NCBI GenBank assembly: GCA_010015805.1
Contig: ML978130.1
Location: 930,001-994,000, forward strand
DNA: 64,000 nt
DNA from: Rhizodiscina lignyota
Lineage: Eukaryota
Direction of reading: 5' to 3'
This document shows, piece by piece, positions 50,484-63,206 of the stretch. Position 1 is the first letter of the stretch; each line of letters starts with the position of its first letter. The notes beneath the pieces are model-generated. The model saw only the letters and a program-made list of their open reading frames with translations. It searched no databases and had not been told where the DNA came from. The position numbers and the translations under genes are program-made.

Positions 50484-51532
50484 ACCAGAATGAGATGGTA
50501 ATCGGAATTGAGGACATTCCGAGGTGAATTCACCAGGCTGTATGCTCAAAGAGTCGTCGAAAGGAAAAAGAAATACGGAAAGGGCCAAATTTATACTTAC
50601 AACAGCAACTGGACATACTGTATGAACAGCTGAACATAGTTCGAGGGCCATTTGACTTGGCATGTGCAGATCCCGGCTGTCCGGTGAACCGTTTCCTACC
50701 AAAAGGCAATAGACTAGTCATTCTGTTGCCCTTTGACGCTGATGAAGCGGTCTTGGTGCTGCATACATCGTACGGCTGAGAAAAGCCACATGGCGGGGTC
50801 ATCAGAGGGAGGCCGACATACGAGCCGAACTAAATCAACGGACAGCGCTGTGGGAGGAGATGATAAGAGCGCCATGGAATCTCAGCGGCTGAAAGGGTGT
50901 CCGGTGAAGAAGTTACGATACACTGCGATTGGCTTCGTTGGTGGTGAGCTCCCTGCGTGATTCGCGTGCATGGAGCAGCGTGATGGCGGGGAGATTGCAG
51001 CCGCCAAACGAAGGGTGGGATTAGGTACTTCATGACCAATTGACCAACTGACTTCGCTTTTCGCTTTTCGCCATTCTGCTATTGAGAACGTTTGGAAACA
51101 TCCCTCTGCATCTGTGACGGGGATTGCATGCCCATGACGCCGAGAGCTCCTCGTGTCCAAGCTCCACCTCACTTTATCGACGCCACCCTCACCCACAAAA
51201 GCAACCTTTGCACCTCCACACCTTGAGAGCTCCCCTCTCACCCTTGCATGCAGCTTGGCCTTCGCCCTCGACTCCGCTACCGCAGCTCGCTCTTCGACCT
51301 TATCCACCATCACGCTGCCAACGACAGCCTCTACAGCGAGAACTTTGTGGCCGACCCGCAGTCGGAGCTCGCAGAAGAAGAGCTTGCGGAAGAGCTCGAG
51401 CTAGCGCAGGACGTCCCGCTTCCACCTTCTGCACCACCGTCACCCCTACGACAACGCGAGAGACGAGGCAAGAGGAGTGTCAGTGATTTTTGGAGAATTC
51501 TTGAAGAACCGAGACATATTGTGAAAGAAGAA

Positions 51533-53758
51533 ATGGCGCCGGTGGGTTGACGTTGTTGTGGTTTGGCGATGGAGCTTGCATGGCTGATAGGATCGATAGA
51601 AAGCAGAGAAGAAGGCGCGGGATGATGAGAATTATGGTATGTGGATGCTCTTATTACGCTGTAGCTCCATGAGTGCAATATATAGCAGCTACTGACGATG
51701 CTTCACAGGCAAGGTTTTCTCGGTCTCAGGGTATGAGGCACAACAGGCAGCAGTTATTCGAGACTAACGAGCTCCAGACCTGTCGTTGTTGCAGAGGACA
51801 TGATCGGATGTGCTATGTACGAGCTTGTATGTCTGCGGATTGATTACATTCTAACACACAGATACTGATATACACGCACAGTGCCGAGTTGGCCACGATA
51901 ATCTGGTTGGTGAGGTCATTAGGATAGAAGCAGACAGGGCAACCATCCAAGTCTACGAGGAGACTGGTATGCAACCAGTCTATGTACGTGAGAGAACTAC
52001 ACATACTGATTCAATTCTATCACAGCTGGTGTCAAAGTTGGTGACCCCGTCCTCCGAACTGGCAAGCCCCTCTCTGTCGAACTCGGTCCTGGCCTCATGG
52101 AGACTATCTACGATGGTATCCAGCGGCCGCTTCGAGGTATCGCAGACGACTCCAAAAGCATCTACATCCCCCGCGGCATCGACTTGCCTTCCCTAGACCG
52201 CAAGAAGAAGTGGGACTTCCAACCTGGAAAGTTCAAAGTCGGCGACCAAATCACCGGCGGTGACGTCTTCGGCACTGTCTTCGAGAACTCCCTCCTCAGC
52301 GAACACAAGATTCTCCTCCCTCCTCGAGCCCGTGGCAAGATCACTCGCATTGCGGAGAAGGGCAGCTATACCGTTGACGAGAAGATTCTGGAGCTTGAAT
52401 TCGATGGCAAGAAGACGGAGTACAGCATGATGCACAACTGGCCAGTTCGTGTGCCTAGGCCATCTTCAGAGAAGCTATCATCCGACTCGCCTCTCATTGT
52501 CGGTCAGCGTGTGCTGGATGCTTTGTTTCCCAGTGTGCAAGGCGGCACTGTGTGCATTCCTGGTGCCTTTGGATGCGGCAAGACGGTCATCAGCCAGAGT
52601 CTGTCCAAGTTTTCCAACTCGGACATCATTGTCTATGTTGGATGCGGTGAACGTGGCAATGAGATGGCTGAGGTGTTGATGGATTTCCCTGAGGTACGCA
52701 AATTCTAAGATGGGGAGGCGCCTATGACTTGCTGACATTTATATAGCTCACCATCGATGTCGATGGTCGCAAAGAGCCCATCATGAAACGAACCACGCTC
52801 ATTGCAAATACCTCGAACATGCCTGTCGCAGCTCGTGAGGCTTCCATCTACACTGGCATTACTGTAGCCGAATACTTTCGCGATCAGGGCAAAGACGTCG
52901 CTATGATGGCAGACTCGTCGTCTCGATGGGCAGAGGCTCTTCGTGAGATTTCTGGTCGTCTGGGAGAAATGCCTGCAGACCAGGGCTTCCCAGCCTACCT
53001 TGGTGCGAAGCTTGCCTCTTTCTACGAGCGTGCAGGTCGCGTCACGGCTCTCGGCAGTCCCGATCGGAAAGGGAGTGTCAGTATCGTCGGTGCCGTCAGT
53101 CCTCCTGGTGGTGACTTTTCGGATCCGGTCACATCTTCCACTCTCAGTATTGTGCAAGTCTTCTGGGGCTTGGACAAGAAGCTCGCCCAGCGGAAGCATT
53201 TCCCGTCCGTCAACACGTCTATGAGCTACAGCAAATATACAACGCCGCTCGACAACTACTATTCGCAGTACAATCCGGACTTCCCTCGCTTGCGTGACCG
53301 CATCAAGGAACTGCTTACCACTTCTGAGGATCTGGACCAAGTCGTGCAGTTGGTCGGCAAGTCTGCGCTTGGTGATCCGGACAAGATTACTCTTGATGTT
53401 GCGACTCTGATCAAGGAGGATTTCCTGCAGCAGAACGGCTACTCAGACTACGATCAATTCTGCCCATTGTGGAAGACGGAATGGATGATGAAGGCCATGA
53501 TGACCTTCCACGACGAGAGCCAGAAGGCTGTTAGCCAAGGCCTCAGCTGGGCGAAGATCAGAGAAGCCACTAGCGAGATTCAAGCTCAACTTAGGAGCAT
53601 GAAGTTCGAGCTACCAAGCGACGGCGAGGAGAAGGTTACGAAGAAGGTAAGTGTTCCGACATTCCCGCCGGTGAAGTTCGTATCAGCTAACTTTGATGCA
53701 GTACGAGGAGCTAATGCAGAAGATGATGGACAAGTTTGCGGCAGTCGTGGACGAGTAG
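51533..53758 (+). CDS. VMA1: V-type proton ATPase catalytic subunit A, multi-exon, no intein
   Basis: [27 protein letters not shown], Walker A GAFGCGKT, contiguous [46 protein letters not shown]; ends ..FAAVVDE*. Confidence 0.97.
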
Positions 53759-54203
53759 AGCTGAACTGGCGAACAATTCCCTTAGGCAATGGTGTGCAAT
53801 TAGGTAGACTGTAGATAGGCGCGAACCATGGAATGCACTGGCAATTTCCTCCGCGTCATGGTCCATTAGTCGGTTGTGAGAATTGGTCAATGCCCGTAGA
53901 GAGAATTGTGCTGCCTGAAGCTGATGCGAGACTTTGTGACAAGGGGATGACGACGCCCGGCCCACACCCCTGTCCCTGCCTCAGCCACAAGTGGCGCTCC
54001 ACGCCTGAGCTGCAGACGCAGTGCAAACTGAAGGACAACGGGTCGCATCTGTATCTGTCACCATCAACAACCCAACTACTACCACCGCCACTGTCAATAC
54101 TCCTTTCAGAATCACTTCTGCTTCTTCCGCTACTTCTCACAGGACTTGGAGTATTTGCAAGCACCTCGACTAAGCGCGCGAACCACTCCCACCACCGCCA
54201 GCA

Positions 54204-56641
54204 ATGGCGACCCAAGTGAACCCAAATGCGTACGTTCTCCACTTCCGCAAACAAGACTCTCGCTGACCAGGCGCGGATATACAGGATCAACGTGAACGAC
54301 CCGGGCCTTATCACACTCGTCAACAAGCTGCAAGATGTCTTCACAACAGTTGGTGTAAGTCTGAGGCGGGGGTCAACGGTCTTTGATAAGTTATGCATCA
54401 TGCCAACTGACACGCGATTTCTAGGTCCAAAACCCCATAGATTTGCCACAAATAGCAGTAGTAGGATCGCAGTCCAGTGGAAAGAGTTCTGTGCTAGAGA
54501 ACATCGTGGGACGAGACTTGTGAGTGCTTGCACCATTCACCCACACCCCACTGCCCAAGACAACAAAGGTCCAGAATCTTCAGCTGACAACAGCGCACAA
54601 GCCTTCCTCGAGGAACAGGCATAGTAACGCGAAGACCGCTCATCCTTCAACTCATTAACCGTCCCGCCTCTGCTTTACCAAAAGGCCAAACAAATGGCGT
54701 CGCCTCCGAGGGCAAGGAAATCAAGACCACCGACAAAGAATCCAACATCGACGAGTGGGGCGAGTTCCTGCATATCCCGGGTCAGAAGTTCTACGACTTT
54801 AATAAGATTCGCGAGGAGATTGTGCGCGAGACGGAGTCCAAGACTGGGCGTAATGCCGGCATTTCGCCTGCGCCGATCAACCTTCGAATCTTCAGCCCGA
54901 ATGTGCTTACACTCACACTGGTGGATCTGCCGGGGTTGACAAAGGTCCCCGTCGGAGACCAGCCAAAAGATATTGAGAGGCAAATTAAGGAGATGGTGGT
55001 GAAGCAGATCAGCAAGCCTAACGCAATTATTCTGGCTGTCACGGCTGCGAATACGGATTTGGCGAACTCGGACGGTCTGAAGCTTGCAAGAGAAGTCGAT
55101 CCTGAGGGCCAGAGGACAATCGGTGTGCTTACAAAGGTTGATCTGATGGACGAGGGGACAGACGTCGTGGACATTCTGGCTGGTCGCATCATCCCACTGA
55201 GATTAGGTTACGTGCCGGTGGTGAACAGAGGGCAGAAGGATATCGAGACGAAGAAGGCGATATCGTATGCGTTAGAGGCAGAGAAGAACTTCTTTGAGAA
55301 CCACAAGGCCTATCGGAATAAGAGCTCGTACTGTGGAACGCCGTATCTCGCCCGAAAGCTCAACTTGGTATGTTTATGCGCTGTCAAGCATGTTTGAGAC
55401 TTATTAACCAACTCACAGATTCTCATGATGCACATCAAACAAACACTGCCCGACATCAAGAACCGCATCACCTCTTCTCTGCAACGCTACTCAGCTGAAC
55501 TTCAGCAACTTGGTGACTCCATGCTCGGCAATCCATCGAACATCATCCTAAACCTCATTACCGAATTCTCGAACGAGTACCGCTCCCTCTTAGAGGGTAA
55601 CAACCAGGAACTGTCGTCAATTGAACTCTCTGGGGGTGCGCGTATCTCTTTCGTCTACCATGAGCTCTATGCAAACGGCGTCAAGGCTGTTGATCCCTTC
55701 GATCAAGTAAAGGACATCGACATCCGAACTATCCTGTACAACTCCTCCGGTTCTTCTCCTGCGCTCTTTGTCGGCACCACCGCATTCGAGCTCATCGTCA
55801 AGCAACAAATCAAGCGTCTCGAAGAGCCATCTCTCAAATGTGTCAGCCTCGTATACGATGAACTTGTCCGCATTCTCGGCCAACTTCTTGTCAAGCCAAC
55901 GTTCAGACGGTACCCAGCGCTCAAGGAGAAGTTTCACCAGGTCGTGGTCGCCTTTTTCAAGCGTGCAACGGACCCGACGAACAAGCTCGTCAGGGACCTT
56001 GTCGCGATGGAATCATGCTATGTCAACACTGGTCATCCAGACTTCATCAACGGCTCCCGTGCCATGGCCATTGTGCATGAGCGCCACAATGCTGCCAAGC
56101 CTACGCAAGTCGACCCGAAGACAGGCAAGCCGCTACCGGCGACTGCAGTTCCACCACGTTCGGCGTCGCCAAGCTTGGACGGAGATAATGGAGCCGGGTT
56201 CTTTGGTTCTTTCTTTGCCAGCAAAAACAAGAAGAAGATGGCAGCGATGGAACCGCCTCCACCGACGCTGAAGGCGAGCGGCGTGCTCAGTGAGAAGGAG
56301 ACGCAGGAGGTTGAGGTGATCAAGTTGCTGATTACGAGCTACTTTGGGATTGTGAGGCGCACGATGATCGATATGGTCCCCAAGGCTATTATGTTGAACT
56401 TGGTTACGTAAGTCCTCTCACTCTGCTCTGATGCAATGGACCATATTGGATGTCTGCTAACTCTGAATACAGCTTCACCCGAGAAGAAATGCAGCGCGAG
56501 CTCCTCGAGAACATGTACAAGGCCGCTGAACTCGAGGACCTGCTCAAGGAGAGCGAGTACACTGTTCGCCGGCGGAAGGAGTGCCAGCAGATGGTCGAGA
56601 GCTTGTCGCGGGCGCAGGAGATTGTCAATGATGTGCAGTGA
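54204..56641 (+). CDS. VPS1: Dynamin-like GTPase Vps1, multi-exon
   Basis: [96 protein letters not shown]. Confidence 0.96.
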
Positions 56642-57269
56642 TTGCGAGGTTATCGAAGCAGCGTCTGTTTATTTCCTTGTCTTTTGCACTAGAAAGTGGA
56701 AATATGCTGTGCTTTTCTTTCCGGTCTTGGGCGTATCACTCTTCTTGGAATTAGTGATTCCCCCGAATGGAGCTGATGGAGATGGGCGTGTAGGATTCGT
56801 TGCGAGTATGTTTGTATGGTAGGAGCGGAGCGAAGAGAATGTGATTAAACTGAGGTTTTTAGCATGAGACTTACCTGATACTCGAATGGAAATTATGCAT
56901 CAACGTAAGTATCATTTTCTGTTGCGCTAAGGCGGACAGTTGTGCCCGTGCCTAGCCATTTTCTAATTTGGAATTCCCTCGTCCGTAAACAAACGAGAGC
57001 GGTTCTAACAACCGAGACCATGGAATTAACTTAATAGTTTTTCACTTGAACTCCTTTGTACCATCCTGCAGCTCCATTCCTGATCTCTTATAACCGAGAA
57101 CCAGTGAACCGTTGTAACCCATATGCAGCATGACAACTGCCATTCCTCCTTTCATCGTATGTCGAAGTCACAATCCACAGTCCTCCGCTGTACGTTGCTC
57201 CACCTTGCACCTCAGTCACGGACTTGCTAACCGTTGTCAAGGTCCCGCCAGAACGTGGAGTTCGAGGGT

Positions 57270-58103
57270 TCAGAAGGTCCAATGTGAATCGTCGACAACA
57301 GTCGCCTGAATAAGCTTCTCTGCTGCTTGAAGGACCTTCCTCTTCTCCGTATTTTGTGCGTTAAACTCATGCATGCAATCGCACATGCTGCTCGACCTGC
57401 CGCAATGCGAATAGACCCTGTCGTTCCCACGGCAGTCAATGGAGAAGTGGCGAAGCCCGCGAAACTCGAGGATACATTGAAAGACACGGGAGCGAAGTAG
57501 CGCATCTAAATCGCCATACTGCATCCAATCTAGGGTGTCCTGAATAGGAAGAGGATAAATCGTTAGAGTTTTGAGATTTGGAAGCCCTCGATACGTGTGC
57601 ATAAGGTCCTTGAGGCCCATGTAGCGAGCGTCACTTTTTTCAACCCTGTGGTGGGCCAGATTCGGAGCGGTCCGCGTTCTGTATTCCCTAAGCATATTGA
57701 AAGCCCATTCAAGGCGATGGTAGCGAGACTCGTTGCCAAAATTTCCAACCAGGAAGATGTGTTGGACGTTTGTCCTCATGCCAGGCGTCAGAAGCTGTAG
57801 GATAGCCACTAAGGCTTCAAGCTCGACGGTAAGTGTGGCTCGGCTCAGATATTGGTTGATCATATCTGAGCGACTTGCGCGATTGATATGGAAGTAGTGG
57901 AGGAACTGCTTCGCCTGGCTGCGGTCGTTCATCGACAATGAGAAAGAGTTGGTCGCTTGGTGCTCAGGCATAAGAAAGCGGTCCCCAAGCTCTGGATAAC
58001 CGGCTTCTCCCTCGAAGACGAAGTCATAGATGCGCTGCCGGATTTCAGTTGGGAATTTGAGAAGGAATGGAGTGAAGCTGTCGCATTCAGCGATTGCCGC
58101 CAT
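57270..58103 (-). CDS. Hypothetical protein with N-terminal F-box-like motif (paralog A)
   Basis: FTPFLLKFPTEIRQRIYDFVF; intronless CDS; homologous along its length to 58689-59537. Confidence 0.8.
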   Translation of the reverse strand: MAAIAECDSFTPFLLKFPTEIRQRIYDFVFEGEAGYPELGDRFLMPEHQATNSFSLSMNDRSQAKQFLHYFHINRASRSDMINQYLSRATLTVELEALVAILQLLTPGMRTNVQHIFLVGNFGNESRYHRLEWAFNMLREYRTRTAPNLAHHRVEKSDARYMGLKDLMHTYRGLPNLKTLTIYPLPIQDTLDWMQYGDLDALLRSRVFQCILEFRGLRHFSIDCRGNDRVYSHCGRSSSMCDCMHEFNAQNTEKRKVLQAAEKLIQATVVDDSHWTF

Positions 58104-58688
58104 TGAGCCTAGATTTGATAGCAAGCCTGGACTCGTCGTTAGTTTTCCATCTCGGAACCGTGTTGGTGAGTGTTAGAATTAATACATACGTTAGATGAAT
58201 GGAGCGACCAGTGCGTGGTACAAAGTTGACGAAAGAGTAAAGAAGAGGGAGAGAGATCTGGATCTATTGAAGTGGTGGCTTGTGTGTTTAGTGGGCACGT
58301 GTAAAATGCAGTAGACAGGTGAAACCGAACGAGTGGAATCAGATCGTCAGTCCACCGACTGTGTCATTCAAGATAAAAGATACACTGATCAACTATGGGC
58401 CGGATTTACTTCTCGTCTGGGAATTATTCACCCCAGTAAACCTTCGAAGCTATATTGACAGTCTAAAGTGAATTCAGCACAAGCCACTGTCACAACGTCA
58501 CTAGCCGGAATTCTTCTGAGCCAGCATGCCACCCTTTCTTCAAATTCTTCCCGAACCTGCGAGTACCGTTGCATTCTATTGCCTTTAAAGCTTGTCCTCT
58601 TCGAACATAGGCCATATTTTCGCGCACTCGAGAGCAGCCTGGATTCCCGATTCCTAAGAGCGCCAATGAGATAGCAAGACTTCCAAAT

Positions 58689-59537
58689 TCAAAAGGTCAT
58701 CGGCTTGTTGGTCACAACAACCTCACGAACCCTCTTTTCTGCTGCTTCGAGGATACGCCGTTTGTTCTTGACCTCCTCCATTATCTTCACACAGCAATCG
58801 CAACCCTTATCGATCTTACACTCGAGCTCGATGAAATTCTCATATCCACTGCGGTCGATTTCGAAACTGCGCAGTCCGCGGAGCTCCAACAGACACTCCA
58901 ATAGACGATAGTCAAGTATGTATCCCAATATCTTGTCTAGTTCCTCATCAAGGTTGTATTCGTAATCGCCAATTCCGAACAAGGAGGGCCGGAGTATCAA
59001 ATGGGACAAGTTCGACAGTCCCCGGCTTATGTGAAGCATGTCTTTCATGCCCATGTATCGTGCATCTGTCTCTTTTTCTCCGTGTTGAGCTGTCTTCAAA
59101 GTAAGCGAGCGCTCCTTGCATTCTTCTCGCCTGTTTTTAATGCAACTGTAGCTATCAGAGTCGCCAAAATTGCCGATCAGTCGGAGACGACAAATGTTTG
59201 ATCGCATTCCGCCGGTAAGGAGTTGCAGGACACAGACTAATTCCTCAATCTCGGCGGTGAGCGTGAGACGAGGAAGGACTTGCTCGATCATGTCTGCTCG
59301 GATCTTTCGATTTATGTGAAGGTAGTAGAAGAACTGCTTCGAGTTGCTATGCCCACCAAGTGATAGATACAGAGACCTGGGTTCATTTGATTCATTCTTC
59401 TTAAGCATGTCAGAAGAATCAAGAGTCTCCCTGTCGAAAACGAAGTCGTAAATGTGCTGACGAATCTCGGTGGAGAAGCGGAAGAGGAAAGGCGTGAAGC
59501 TGTCGCGCACGTTATCGTGTGCTGCGAAAGTTGCCAT
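58689..59537 (-). CDS. Hypothetical protein with N-terminal F-box-like motif (paralog B)
   Basis: FTPFLFRFSTEIRQHIYDFVF; shares KQF..Y.HINR, LQLLT.GMR.N, GNFG, DARYMG.KD, C.LE.RGLR.F.ID and CDC with paralog A. Confidence 0.8.
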   Translation of the reverse strand: MATFAAHDNVRDSFTPFLFRFSTEIRQHIYDFVFDRETLDSSDMLKKNESNEPRSLYLSLGGHSNSKQFFYYLHINRKIRADMIEQVLPRLTLTAEIEELVCVLQLLTGGMRSNICRLRLIGNFGDSDSYSCIKNRREECKERSLTLKTAQHGEKETDARYMGMKDMLHISRGLSNLSHLILRPSLFGIGDYEYNLDEELDKILGYILDYRLLECLLELRGLRSFEIDRSGYENFIELECKIDKGCDCCVKIMEEVKNKRRILEAAEKRVREVVVTNKPMTF

Positions 59538-60096
59538 GGTGACTTGAGACTGAGAACAGCTCTGTATACTTATCAGCCATTTTATATCATAATTAGGCTG
59601 GTGTGAGGGATGAATCTGGACTTACCCGAGAGCAGTGAAATGATTTAGAGTGTAGTGAAACAGTAAGAACAGAGGGCGAAGAAGCGGGCGTTTATGTGTT
59701 CGTTTTGCCTCCGGTGTTTGAGTTTCGTGCCTTTCTTGGCGGCAAAGTGAAAAAGTTAATCAGATTGTCAGTTCTCATACGACGTCATTTGTAAATAATT
59801 GCAGCCACGTCCTCCCCTCCCAGTTGAGATACTTTTCGCTTGCTCTACCTCCCATGCAGCCAAAGCAGCGGAACAACATATGGAGTATGGATGATCTGCC
59901 CCGAGATGGCGTTGTCCCAAGCCGTACACACTCCTTACTTGCGCGAACAGCTCTTCCGAAATTAGGGTTTATCCTGTCTTCATGTTCTCATTCGAGGTTT
60001 CCTTCGAACCGAAGTGCATTGGAGGCTGTGTTTGACTAGTATGTGGCTATCACCGCATTGTGTAGACTGCAAGGCGTCCTAGGTCAAGTAGCCTTG

Positions 60097-62369
60097 TCAC
60101 CCAAGCATCACTGAATGCCATCAGTACGTTTAGATCTCATGGAGACAGTGTCAATATGAATGCTCACCTTCCCAATTCCAGCTTTTCATAACCTGCATCC
60201 AATGCAGCTCGCTTTTAACTGCGTACTCTGCATTCTCCACACCCACCGGGGTGCCAAGCGCAAGTCTGACCCAACTGCTGCCGGAATTCGCAGCATCCAC
60301 TCCAGTCAATTCTTCGAAAGTATGACAGCCGGTGGAGTCTGCGCTGTCCGTGGCGAGTGCACTCTCTTTGGATTTTGCTATGTATGAGGATAGGTACTCG
60401 TCCCTTCTCCTCCAGACTTCCGCGGTCACACTTGCACATCGATCAACAATCCCGGTGATCATTCGCCTGGACATTAATTGCCACCGCTTGCGGACCCAAG
60501 TTCGGTCTTCCTCATCTACGACCTCGCAACCCGCCGCCATGAGTGGAAAGAGGTGGAGAAGGATCGTGCGAGATGTAGGTGGGATGGTGGCCAAGTAGAG
60601 AAGGGCTTTCTGCGCCAAATCGTGGATGGAATACTTTCTGGGAAGCTCTGGTACCGCCTGGTGGAGAAGCAGCAGAGTAGCCCATCGATAGGCTTCGGCG
60701 GTTTGGACCGAGTCAGAGGTATTCAAATCAGGTTCTCCCACATCCTGTAGTTTTGGGACCCAACTCTCGATGATCGCCTTCAATGCCACAGCCTCAGATG
60801 TGATGGTAAGGGAGCTGGCCTTCGCTTTCCTTTGTCGGACGCGGCGTATAAGATCTGCGACCCGACCAATTGTCGGAAACAATGTGACAGCGCATCCCAT
60901 CAGCGGGTCAAGCTGCAGTTGGCTGGGATGACACGTTATGCTAGCGCAGGCGGCCATCAACTCAAGGTCGGTTGATGTGACGGCGTTGGCTGAGGTGAAG
61001 CGCGCGATTACGTCCATATATATCCAGGTGATCGCGAGAAAACTCAAACGAGCCAGATCCTCAGCAAGTCGGGGCGTGCTTTGATGTCTGGAAATGGCTT
61101 GTTGGATGAGAAACTTTGCGCCTTTGATGTGGTCAAAGCCAGTTGACGATAACTTATGATCCCAAGTCTCCGCAAATCCAAGAGCGAGACTAGAGGCAAG
61201 GGCTGCATCAAGTGACACGTTTCCGTTGTGTATGTCTGCCATAGTAGCTTGTATGCTGCGTTGTGCGTGCTCGATTCCTTGAGTATGTAGCTGTGGCTGG
61301 GTTTTGCCCATATGCAAGCAGGTCATCGCTGCAATTGCGTGGTATAGCGCCTGATGGTCTTGGGCAAGAGGCCAGATAAGAGTACGCCATGGGTTGTTTG
61401 TCTGCTCATCTTGAATAGACAGAATGCCGGATGTTTGATGGTGAAAGAGTAGTGTGGTACGTTCAGGACTGTCGCTCAAGTACTGCGGCGCCTGGTAGAT
61501 GACATGAATATCCCGTCCACGTAAAGGCCCAGAATATGATGAGGCGGTTTCGGGTAACGCAATGAATGCTTCACTGGGACCCGATTCTAATGCGTGAATG
61601 GCCAGCTCGGACCCAATGTTGTTCTGCCCGCCCGGCGTCGGAAGTGCTTGAGCGATTATGCCATTCACAACACTAGTACTGATACTGTCAAGTTCATGAG
61701 CACTGTCGTCTTCGCTATGTGTGCCAGCAGGTGGCGATGGAACATCGACTAGTTGCGGTGACTGAAGGCTAATAAGAGTCGGGTTCATATCCTCTCCCCA
61801 AGCCTGCATATCTGGGGTCATCAGCTCCGTGGCGTCATCCAAGAAGCGCTCTGAAGTAGTAGTATTCTCTGAATCCGGATTACTGACAGGCTCAGCTTGA
61901 TTACTAGACGTGGAGGTGATGGTTGCACTGATAGTGGCATCCTCTGCTAATCCAGCACATTGTGAGACGGGAGAGCTTAGCTGTCGAGAAGATGACGGAG
62001 GGCCAGACGGCATCCACTTGAGGTACCGCCTGTAGCCACCGCAGGTAACTTTCCGACGCGCACATTGCTGGCAATTTGGCTTCGTTTCATCACACTTTAT
62101 CTTTCTTCCTCTGCAAGTAACGCAGCCTGCAGGAATACAATAGTCCGTTAGAGTCCCAATCACTTAGGCATCAAGCAGAAGCATGGACTGACACTTGGGA
62201 ACTTGCCATTGCGACTCTTCGGCTGCTTGCGTTTTGAGGACTCGTCGATTTTCCTGATGCCATCGGTCCAATCTTTGGAACGTAGGAGGCGAAGTCGCGG
62301 CGCATGTCTGGCATTTGCTGTCGGCGTGATGGACAGAGAAGGTGGGCAGCCAGCATCGACTTCTTCCAT
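60097..62369 (-). CDS. Zn(II)2Cys6 transcription factor with Fungal_trans_2 domain (Acr-2-like)
   Basis: KSRNG-(intron)-CVTCRGRKIKCDETKPNCQQCARRKVTCGGY; NPWRTLIWPLA, WIYMDVIARFT, LDPLMGCAVTLFP, QTAEAYRWATLLLLHQAVPE; last intron gives ..WNWEVMLG*. Confidence 0.9.
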
Positions 62370-63206
62370 GTGACTTAGGCTGCCAGGCAGGAAAATTGAG
62401 GACAGGACTGAAGGGAATTGGCTGGTTAACGGCAGGCGAGTTGAAAGTTCACGAGATGCGATCAGATCGGGATATCGGCTGCCCTGATAAGGACCACGTC
62501 TAAGGCACGATAAGGAACCCCGGTTTAAAATCCCGCTCACGGAAGCACGAGAGTTAGACAATTGTACTTACTACGATTATGCTTTATCTACAGCTGTCTG
62601 GTCTGGCACGAAGTCCACAATTTTCTAGGCAGTTTTGATGATGAAGGAGCCTCGAATTTCTGTCTCTATTCTGTCAAGTGCCTTTTCAAGCAGCACAAAA
62701 GAGATTCCAGCATTGACTTTGATGACGCACGAGCCGAACAAGGCATATCAAGGACTTGTTGTGAATAAGCAGGGAATAGCTGTTGAAGAGCAAGTTGAAC
62801 AACCCCCAAATCTTGAGGATCTGAATATGAGATGCTGTAAGGACAAGAGTTATGCAGAGCCAATAAGAACCCTTCATTCGTGCGCCAAAGTCTACCCATT
62901 TGAGTCTAGCGGGGGCAAACGTCCAGACTCGGATTTTGTGGGTGCAAGTCACAACGCGAACCTATCGCTGTAGACTGCTCTTTTGACGTGCTCTTCCAAT
63001 CATGCTATCGGAATCGTTCACCCAACGTAGAAGTCCGGGGCAAATGGCAGGCTTCGTGCGGCAGCTACGGAGCCCAACAAGCTTGTAAATAATATAAAGG
63101 AGATGAAGTGAAATGAAGAGATCGGTTTAAAGAAACAGCCGTGTCGGTAGCAGAGTACACCATTTATACTTGATTTCTAACAAAACCGCACTCTCGATTC
63201 CCTATC

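Noticed and set aside
52625..52670. Possible VDE-type intein in VMA1
   Set aside because: The insertion site [11 protein letters not shown] is contiguous; no intein or homing endonuclease sequence is present
51533..56641. Adjacency of two vacuole-related genes, VMA1 and VPS1
   Set aside because: Ordinary tandem housekeeping genes; nothing in the sequence indicates a functional cluster
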